NCBI GenBank assembly: GCA_963806035.1
Contig: CAWDWO010000023.1
Coordinates: 1-64,000, forward strand
DNA length: 64,000 nt
Direction of reading: 5' to 3'
From: Candidatus Krumholzibacteriota bacterium
GTDB taxonomy: Bacteria > Krumholzibacteriota > Krumholzibacteriia > JAJRXK01
Under the pieces are notes generated by a model, which saw only the letters and a program-made list of their open reading frames with translations, did not search any database and was not told the DNA's origin. Numbering within the stretch: the first letter of the stretch is position 1; the number at the start of each line of letters is the position of its first letter. Positions 57,147 through 64,000 of the stretch are shown piece by piece. Made by a program: the position numbers and the translations under genes.

Positions 57147-57929
57147 TCAGCGTCCCCGGAACTGCGCTTTGCGCTTCTCCAGGAAGGCGTGCATGCCCTC
57201 CTGATAGTCCTCGGCCGCCGCCGCCAGACCAAACTGGCTCGACTCGTAGGCCAGGGCCTCCTCCAGTCCCATTTCCATCCCGCGCCGCACCGTCTCCTCC
57301 GCCACGCGCAGAGTGAAGGAACTCTTCATCGCCAACTTCCGCGCCAGAGCCTTGGCCGCGTCGAGCAGCGCCTCCGGTGCGTGCACCTCGGTGACCAGTC
57401 CGTATTGCAACGCGGTCTGTGCGTCGATGGGATCGCCGGTCAAGACCATGTGCATGGCTCGGCCCTGCCCCACCAAGCGGGGCAGCCGCTGGGTGCCTCC
57501 GAAGCCGGGAATGATCGCCAAATTCACCTCGGGTTGACCCATCTTGGCGCGAGTGCTGGCGATCCTGAAGGTGCAGGCCATGGCCAGCTCCAGTCCGCCA
57601 CCCAGGGCGAAGCCGTTGATGGCGGCAATGGTGGGTACTCCGAGATCTTCGATGAGGTCCATCAGGCTCTGGCCGAATTTCGAATGATCGTTGCTCTCGA
57701 GCGCGCTGTTGGCGGCCAGCTCGTTGATGTCCGCGCCGGCCACGAAGGCCTTCTCTCCCGCCCCCGTGAGGATGATGGCGCGCACTTCCTCGTCGCCGCT
57801 CAGTTCATCCATCACCGCCGCCAACTCGGCGAGGGTTTCCCGGTTGAGTGCATTGAGAGCCTTCGGGCGGTTGATGGTGACGGTGGCGATGCCCTCTTCC
57901 ACCGTGAACAAGAGATTCTGGAACTCCAT
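57147..57929 (-). CDS. Enoyl-CoA hydratase (crotonase)
   Basis: NRPKALNAL, AFVAGADI, GGGLELAMAC, PEV..IIPGFGGTQRL. Confidence 0.93.
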   Translation of the reverse strand: MEFQNLLFTVEEGIATVTINRPKALNALNRETLAELAAVMDELSGDEEVRAIILTGAGEKAFVAGADINELAANSALESNDHSKFGQSLMDLIEDLGVPTIAAINGFALGGGLELAMACTFRIASTRAKMGQPEVNLAIIPGFGGTQRLPRLVGQGRAMHMVLTGDPIDAQTALQYGLVTEVHAPEALLDAAKALARKLAMKSSFTLRVAEETVRRGMEMGLEEALAYESSQFGLAAAAEDYQEGMHAFLEKRKAQFRGR

Positions 57930-58160
57930 GGCTTCCTTCCTGGTTGTGAGATCCGCGCCACCCTGTCCGTGTTTGTACCACAGCCCTCGGCTCTGGACAA
58001 CGACGGGCAAAGGCGGAATCGAGCGCCCCATCGGCCCCTATCCACTTGTTGTACTGCGGGCAGACGTGGGCTAGCCTCCCGGCAGAGCGCTGGCGCGGCT
58101 CTTGCAGAAGCGTCAACGGCCGTATTTTCGAGTTTGTCTGCCCCGATGGAGGTCCTGTAC

Positions 58161-58781
58161 ATGTCACGAGTTACACTATCCCGCGGAGTGCTCCTAACCC
58201 TGTTTTCAGCCGCCGTGCTGGTTTCTCTGAGCGCCTGCGGAGGCAAGTCCGTGCAGCGCATCGGTACGGATACAACCGTGGACATCAGCGGAAACTGGAA
58301 CGACACCGATTCCCGCCTGGTCTCCGAGGAGATGATCGCTCAGGTCTTGTCGCAACCCTGGTTGGCCCGCTTCGAGGCGACTCACCAGGACCGCCCTACG
58401 GTCATCGTGGGAACCGTTCGCAACAACAGCAGCGAACACATCGACACCAACATCTTCACCAAGAACCTCGAGATTGCATTCATCAACAGCGGCCGAGTGC
58501 GTGTCGTGGCATCGCGTGACGAGCGTGGCGAGGTGCGTGAAGAGCGGGATTCCCAGCAGGACTGGTCCGATCCCGCCACGGTGAAGAAGATGGGAATGGA
58601 ACTCGGAGCGGATTACATGCTGATTGGTTCTCTCGGGTCGATCGTCGACGAAGAGGGCGGCGACAAGGTCGTTTTCTATCAGACCAACCTCGAGTTGATC
58701 GACATTCAGACCAACGAGAAGGTCTGGATCGGGCAGAAGCAGATCAAGAAGTACATCGGCAAGAGCAAGTACAAGGCTTGA
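58161..58781 (+). CDS. LpoB-like penicillin-binding protein activator lipoprotein
   Basis: LSAC lipobox; WNDTDSRLV, NNSSEHIDT, GADYML, Y..NLELID...EKVW. Confidence 0.8.
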   Translation: MSRVTLSRGVLLTLFSAAVLVSLSACGGKSVQRIGTDTTVDISGNWNDTDSRLVSEEMIAQVLSQPWLARFEATHQDRPTVIVGTVRNNSSEHIDTNIFTKNLEIAFINSGRVRVVASRDERGEVREERDSQQDWSDPATVKKMGMELGADYMLIGSLGSIVDEEGGDKVVFYQTNLELIDIQTNEKVWIGQKQIKKYIGKSKYKA

Positions 58782-58791
58782 GTAGTTCGAC

Positions 58792-60210
58792 ATGAAGCCT
58801 TTGTCGGGACGATACGGCACGCGTCGCTTGCGGCGCGTGCTCATCTCCACGGCGCTCTCAGTCGTCGCCGTGTTCGGGTTGGGCGCATGCTCTACCTACA
58901 GTAGTTTTTCCAATCAACTTCGCGGCGACCTGCTCCAGGATGATCTGCCAAAAGCAGTGCAGGCGACCGAGAAGAAGGGCGGAGACGATCCCGACGTTCT
59001 GAACCTCTTGCAACGCGGCTTGCTCTACCACTACGCGGAGCGTTACGAGGAGAGCAATCAAGCTTTCCAGCTCGCGGACACCAAGATCGAGGACCAATTC
59101 ACCAAGAGCATCAGCGGTCAAGCGCTGGCGTTCTTGACGAACGACGCGACCCTTCCCTACAGCGGTTACCCCCACGAGCAAGTGCTCATGCACGTCTACG
59201 GGGCGCTGAATTACCTCTTCGAAGGAAATCACCAGGATGCTCTCGTGGAGTGCCGCCGCGCGGGACTTCGTCTGGATCAGCTCGCCTTGATCCGGGAGGA
59301 CAAGCAGGGCTACACCGACGATGCCTTCACGGAGTGGCTCTCGGGCATGATCTTCGCCGAGGACAGGGACGGGAATGCGACCCTGGTGGCGGCTCGTCGC
59401 GGCCGCAGCGCCTACGAGGAATACCAGAAGCTCTTCGGCACGCCGATGCCAAAGGCTTTCATCCTCGACTACTTGGAGTGGGCGCGCCGCTTCGGCTTCA
59501 GCGATGAAGCCAACGAGATCCTGAACGCGCATCCCGAACTCGGGGACGAAGTCGAGCCGCTCGGTCCCGACGAGGGACGTATCGTTCTCATCTACGAGAG
59601 CGGCTTCGTGAATCACCTCGAAGAAGACGCGGCCTTCTTCCCCATCCTGGAATCGGACGAGGACAAGAACGACGCTGAGATGGCGACGGTCCTCACGCGC
59701 CGCGGCCGGCGCAGAGTCTGGGTGAAAAAGAACAACGTGAAAGTGGCCTACTGGCTGCGCGTCGCGTTGCCGGCAATGGTATCCACCCCTCCCGTGTTCA
59801 CTCACGCCCGCCTGGTCACCGAGGGACACAGCCAGACCACGGAACTCGCCGAAGACGTTTCGGCCATCGCCCAACTCACTTTCGATGAGGGAGCCGGCAA
59901 GCGATTGCTGAGGACGATTCTTCGCGCACTGGCCAAGTGGCGAGTCACCAAGACCGCGCAGGACAAGGGAGAGCTCTCCGGCTTTCTCGCAAACCTCACC
60001 TCGGTTGCCACCGAGCGCGCTGATACTCGCTCCTGGAGCACTCTGCCCGATCGCATTCACGTCGCTCAGCTGCGCGTTCCCGCCGGGGACCATCGAGTGG
60101 TAGTCGAATGTCTGGACAGTACCGGCCGGGTGGGCCGCACTGCGACCTTCGACGAGGTGCGGGTCGAGCCCGGTGAATCCACGATCTTGCGTTTCCGCAC
60201 TTACCGCTGA
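58792..60210 (+). CDS. COG3014-like TPR lipoprotein
   Basis: LGAC lipobox; YEESNQAF, LNYL...ALVE.RR, ADTRSWSTLP. Confidence 0.8.
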   Translation: MKPLSGRYGTRRLRRVLISTALSVVAVFGLGACSTYSSFSNQLRGDLLQDDLPKAVQATEKKGGDDPDVLNLLQRGLLYHYAERYEESNQAFQLADTKIEDQFTKSISGQALAFLTNDATLPYSGYPHEQVLMHVYGALNYLFEGNHQDALVECRRAGLRLDQLALIREDKQGYTDDAFTEWLSGMIFAEDRDGNATLVAARRGRSAYEEYQKLFGTPMPKAFILDYLEWARRFGFSDEANEILNAHPELGDEVEPLGPDEGRIVLIYESGFVNHLEEDAAFFPILESDEDKNDAEMATVLTRRGRRRVWVKKNNVKVAYWLRVALPAMVSTPPVFTHARLVTEGHSQTTELAEDVSAIAQLTFDEGAGKRLLRTILRALAKWRVTKTAQDKGELSGFLANLTSVATERADTRSWSTLPDRIHVAQLRVPAGDHRVVVECLDSTGRVGRTATFDEVRVEPGESTILRFRTYR

Positions 60211-60233
60211 AGCGCCCGTACGGTAGCCGGGCT

Positions 60234-61406
60234 TCAGGCCTCGTCGTTTCGCACCAGAATCGAAACTCCCAGACCGCCGCTCACGCACAGCGTGGACAGC
60301 CCCAGACCTTTTCCGTGGCGGCGAAGTGCGTGAATGAGAGTGGTGGTGATCCGCGCTCCGGTCGCGCCGATGGGATGGCCCAGCGCAATGGCGCCGCCGT
60401 GGACGTTGGTCTTTTCCATGTCGAATCGAAGCTCTCGCTGACACGCGATCACCTGGGCCGCGAACGCCTCGTTCAGCTCGATGAGATCAAAGTCGTCGAT
60501 GTTCAATCCACAGCGCGTCATGAGAGCGCGCGTGGCGGGAACCGGTCCCAAACCCATCCGTGCCGGATCGACCCCCGCGCTCTCGCTATCCAGGATTGAG
60601 GCCAGCGGCTTCTCTCGCAGTCCCGGCTTCTCCAGCACGAGCATGCACGCCGCGTCGGTGAGTCCGCTGCTGGAACCCGCGGTGACACTTCCGTTCTCGT
60701 CGAAGACCGTCGGCAGCTTGGCGAGCTTCTCCAAGCTGGTGTTGGGCCGGAGATGTTCGTCGTGGTCCAGCCCCGGGAGTTTTCCCTCGGCGGGAATGGC
60801 TTCGATCTCCGCATCGAAAGCCCTTTCCTCCCATGCCTTGGCAGCGCGAGTCTGGGACATGAGCGCATAGCGGTCCTGCTCCTCCCGGGAGGCCTCGTAT
60901 TCTCGCGCCAGAGTCTCGGCGGTGAGCCCCATGACCTGTTTGGCGATGGGGCAATCGAAGCCGTCGCGGTACATCCCGTCCACGACCGGAGCGTGGCCCA
61001 TGCGGTATCCCATGCGTGCATCCGTCAAGAGATAGGGCACGCGCGACATGTTCTCGCTGCCCCCCACCAGCACGCGCTTGGCCTTGCCCAGAGTGAGGGC
61101 CTGAATGCCCAGGACGATCGCGGTGCTACTGCTCCCGCAGGCCATGTTCAGCGTATAGGCCACCTTGTCCTGCGGAACCCCCGCCCCGATCGCGATCTGC
61201 CGGGCTGGATTGGGACCCAGGCCGGCCGGCCGCGCGTTGCCCACGATGGTCAGATCGATTTCGCTGGCCTTCAGCCCGGCCCGCTCGATGGCCGCGCGGG
61301 CCGCGAAGACCCCCAGCTCGATCGCGCTGCGGCCGGAGAGAGACCCGAGAAAGCGTCCGATCGGGGTACGAACGGCGGATGCAACGCTGGCTTGGGCTTC
61401 GAACAT
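60234..61406 (-). CDS. Acetyl-CoA C-acetyltransferase (thiolase)
   Basis: [33 protein letters not shown]. Confidence 0.93.
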   Translation of the reverse strand: MFEAQASVASAVRTPIGRFLGSLSGRSAIELGVFAARAAIERAGLKASEIDLTIVGNARPAGLGPNPARQIAIGAGVPQDKVAYTLNMACGSSSTAIVLGIQALTLGKAKRVLVGGSENMSRVPYLLTDARMGYRMGHAPVVDGMYRDGFDCPIAKQVMGLTAETLAREYEASREEQDRYALMSQTRAAKAWEERAFDAEIEAIPAEGKLPGLDHDEHLRPNTSLEKLAKLPTVFDENGSVTAGSSSGLTDAACMLVLEKPGLREKPLASILDSESAGVDPARMGLGPVPATRALMTRCGLNIDDFDLIELNEAFAAQVIACQRELRFDMEKTNVHGGAIALGHPIGATGARITTTLIHALRRHGKGLGLSTLCVSGGLGVSILVRNDEA

Positions 61407-61534
61407 CGAGACACCTCACTTGGCTTCGAGACGACTCTTGAAGTCGCCGGGATGGGGACTCTCACAAAAGCACCGAAGTGCCGTGACGACAAGGAACTCC
61501 TTGGCCTGCCTCTTGCAGCCTCAGAGCTTCCGTC

Positions 61535-64000
61535 ATGACCAGAAAACGCCGCTGGCTCAAAGCGGCCGCACCACTTCTCCTCGCCCCTCTGCTGTGCGCG
61601 GGCCTTCGCCCGGCTCCGTCGGATCCATCTGCGGAAAGCACGGGGAAGGTGGTGGAATCCTACGTAGCCCTGAGGGACTTCTTGAGCTGGTCGGCACAGG
61701 CCCGTCCCGAAGAGCTCGACCAGCGGGCCAAAAGCTTCAATCCATTGCAGATCCCCCTGCTGGCCAGCGTGGTGGACGAGGCAGAACGCGAACTGAGCGA
61801 GCCCGACCCACTCACCTACAAGGCCCTGGTCCGCTGGCAGTTCTGGCTCTCCAATCACCTCGACCCGACGAATCGGGGCGCCTGGGAAGCGCGTCCTGAG
61901 GTGCTCCCGAAGTCCATGCCGATCACGCGGGGCACCACGGCTGTCCTGCCCGCCCTCGAGATGACGGAACTCTCCGCCCTGGCCGGGATGGCCTATCGCG
62001 CGGATCACATTTTCGACGCCATGATCTGGTGGCGGGACCGCGATCTCGTGGAGCGCCGGATTTCGCGCAACATCTACGACCCCTCCACGGGCGGGTATGC
62101 GCGCTACGACTCACTGGGGCACCGGCAGCAACATCCCCCGGATCTGGCGGACCTCGTCCCCGTCGCTCTGAGTGCTCCCTGCGACCGGGGCGCTTCGCTC
62201 CGTCTGGCTTACCAGCTCCTCGCGGGGGGCAACATGGACGACCGCAACGACGCCAGAGCGAAAGCGTGGATGTCCCAGCGGCTGGATCCCGCTTCGGGGT
62301 GGCCCCTGCAGCCGGGACTGGACCTCTTGCGACCGGATCAAACCACCATCCTGTTGAGCCGAGCGGTAGCGCTGCTGGGCGACCCCGAGTTGAACGACCT
62401 GCTTCGGGGCACTCTCCAGGAATTGAATCTCCCCTACCGGGGCCCGGTGCGGCTCGATCTCGGCGATGAGCAGGTGTCCATCCCCACCGTCCTCGCGAAG
62501 CCGGAGCCTTTGCAGCGCAGCCGCGTCGCGATCGAGTTTCTCATCCGCTCCCACATCTTCAGCGCCGAAGAAACGGCGGCCATTCGGCTGGCCCTGCAGA
62601 ACGCCAGCGATCGCCTGGACGATGTCCCGGATTCCGTGGCAACCATGCTTCAGGGCTGGGCCGACCGCTGGCAGGTATTCGACGTCAGAGAACGCCAGGC
62701 CATGCATCCGCGAGAGTTCGAGGAGCAGGGCCTCAACGGCAGCGATGCAACGGCGGCTTTCAGCTTCCGCGAGAGAGATGCCGATAAGTGGCTATCCACC
62801 GCGCTCGAACTGCTGCAGCGCGATGCCGCCGAGCTTCTGTATCGAAGCCGTTCCGATGCTTCCTACAGCGCTCAGATTTTGCCGAGCGTGGTCACACGCG
62901 ACCACCGTCCCACGCTTCATCTCCACTTCGACCGGGTCTCCGCGGCGGAGCGGGCAATTTCCGGCGAGTGGAGCGCGGCCTGGACGGATGGTCACCTGAC
63001 CCGGGCCTTCGTCCCCCTGAACCTTCAAGCCCAGGGACGATTGAGCGCCAACGCGACGCTGCCCACTCTGCCCCAGGATCCCGGGCTGTGGTGGGTCATC
63101 CTGCGGGGACCGGAGGGCGGTCCGAAGCATGCCCCTGCCTGTTCGATCGTCGATCCCATGCGAGCCACGGTGCTCGCACTACCTCAGGGCAACAGTCACG
63201 CGCGCAGCTTCGAGGTCTCGCTCGAAAACGCCCTGACCAGCGATCTCGTCGGCCGCTACGAGATCGTAGTTCCTCCCGACTTCGAAGTAGAACCACGCGC
63301 GGCGCGGGAATTCACCTTGTCGGCCCGTTCGACCAGCACCTGGACGGTGAAAATCACCGCGCCCCAGAACAAAGCACCGGGTGACTACCCGGTGCAGTGG
63401 CGTTTCTACGACGACCACGGGCTCACCGCCAAGCTCGACGAGAGTTTCGCGGTGCATTTCGACTGGCTCACGATCGGGCCCTTCGCTCCCGGCGAGAGCT
63501 CTCCCCTCGCCACCACTGCGGGCCCCGATTTTCAGGTGCGACTCGGGCAGAGCTATTCTGGTTTGAAGGGCGAGGAACGTTGGCAGCACATCGATTCCCG
63601 CGCTCTTGCCACTGATGGTTGGGTCACGCTGGGACATGGCGTCCCGGGCGCGGTGTGGTACGGCCTCACCGCGGTTTCGACGGCCACGCGCGATGCCTTC
63701 GTGAAACTCGAATCGCGCACCGAAGCGGTGTTGAAAGTGAATGGCAGTGAAGTCGGACGCACCCGTCTCGCTCACGATACATTCGAGACTTCGCTGCAGC
63801 TCAGCCCGGGAACCAATTACTTCCTCGTGAAAATGGTCGCGGACGAGAATGGAGTCGCGAGGATTCGTCTCGATCTGAAGGACATCACGGGCGCGCCGCT
63901 CTTCGCGGGAGACTATCGTTTGAAGAGACTGGTCGACGGATACGCCTACTTGGGCTCGGTCCCGTCTGAAAGCCAGTCGACTCGTGAGGAACAGACCCGG
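61535..64000 (+). CDS. Large exported multidomain protein, partial (runs off the window); NEW3-like and jelly-roll/PA14-like C-terminal regions
   Basis: ATG at 61535 (MTRKRRWLKAAAPLLLAPLLC); absent from the ORF track, consistent with no stop before the window end; in-frame APGDYPVQW, WLTIGPF, LKVNGSEV, LSPGTNYFLVK. Confidence 0.65.
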   Translation, partial: MTRKRRWLKAAAPLLLAPLLCAGLRPAPSDPSAESTGKVVESYVALRDFLSWSAQARPEELDQRAKSFNPLQIPLLASVVDEAERELSEPDPLTYKALVRWQFWLSNHLDPTNRGAWEARPEVLPKSMPITRGTTAVLPALEMTELSALAGMAYRADHIFDAMIWWRDRDLVERRISRNIYDPSTGGYARYDSLGHRQQHPPDLADLVPVALSAPCDRGASLRLAYQLLAGGNMDDRNDARAKAWMSQRLDPASGWPLQPGLDLLRPDQTTILLSRAVALLGDPELNDLLRGTLQELNLPYRGPVRLDLGDEQVSIPTVLAKPEPLQRSRVAIEFLIRSHIFSAEETAAIRLALQNASDRLDDVPDSVATMLQGWADRWQVFDVRERQAMHPREFEEQGLNGSDATAAFSFRERDADKWLSTALELLQRDAAELLYRSRSDASYSAQILPSVVTRDHRPTLHLHFDRVSAAERAISGEWSAAWTDGHLTRAFVPLNLQAQGRLSANATLPTLPQDPGLWWVILRGPEGGPKHAPACSIVDPMRATVLALPQGNSHARSFEVSLENALTSDLVGRYEIVVPPDFEVEPRAAREFTLSARSTSTWTVKITAPQNKAPGDYPVQWRFYDDHGLTAKLDESFAVHFDWLTIGPFAPGESSPLATTAGPDFQVRLGQSYSGLKGEERWQHIDSRALATDGWVTLGHGVPGAVWYGLTAVSTATRDAFVKLESRTEAVLKVNGSEVGRTRLAHDTFETSLQLSPGTNYFLVKMVADENGVARIRLDLKDITGAPLFAGDYRLKRLVDGYAYLGSVPSESQSTREEQTR

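Noticed and set aside
57189..58160. 530-aa ORF as an N-terminally extended LpoB
   Set aside because: The upstream part is antisense to the crotonase; the true start is ATG 58161 with GGAGG and a lipobox.
1..64000. Many long antisense or alternate-frame ORFs (e.g. 2698-4443, 21333-22964, 46751-48283, 58858-60444)
   Set aside because: Shadows of real genes expected from GC-rich codon bias; no recognisable motifs.

Overview
GC-rich bacterial chromosome segment. It probably comes from an FCB-group candidate lineage such as Krumholzibacteriota/Latescibacterota; this is inferred from the style of its secreted proteins and is not proven. Housekeeping content: tRNA-Leu-tig-clpP-clpX-lon-engB, purA, tRNA-Glu, tRNA-Lys, two thiolases, a crotonase, a LeuB-like dehydrogenase, a fused aconitase-family dehydratase and LpoB/COG3014 lipoproteins. 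Peptide-catabolism genes: POT transporter-pepT and M1 aminopeptidase-tryptophanase. Three things stand out. (1) A dinB / degenerate dnaE / lexA operon that looks like an inverted imuABC mutasome: an intact Y-family polymerase plus a truncated, apparently catalytically dead DnaE with a clamp-binding tail, behind a sigma70 promoter carrying two AAAC-N4-GTTT palindromes (candidate LexA box). (2) Eight mostly unrelated signal-peptide proteins share a short C-terminal motif, V-x5-[ST]-W-G-x-hydrophobic-K-A-x-[YFW], which suggests an uncharacterised sorting or anchoring signal. (3) Archaeal-type GatE/GatD Glu-tRNA(Gln) amidotransferase genes in a bacterium. Also present: an orphan BMC-T shell gene, a type IIIA P-type H+-ATPase and a palindrome-dense intergenic region. 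Several single-base indels suggest residual long-read errors, so the frameshifts and the apparent gatE-gatD fusion need read-level checking. All assignments are by motif recognition only; no database searches were run.
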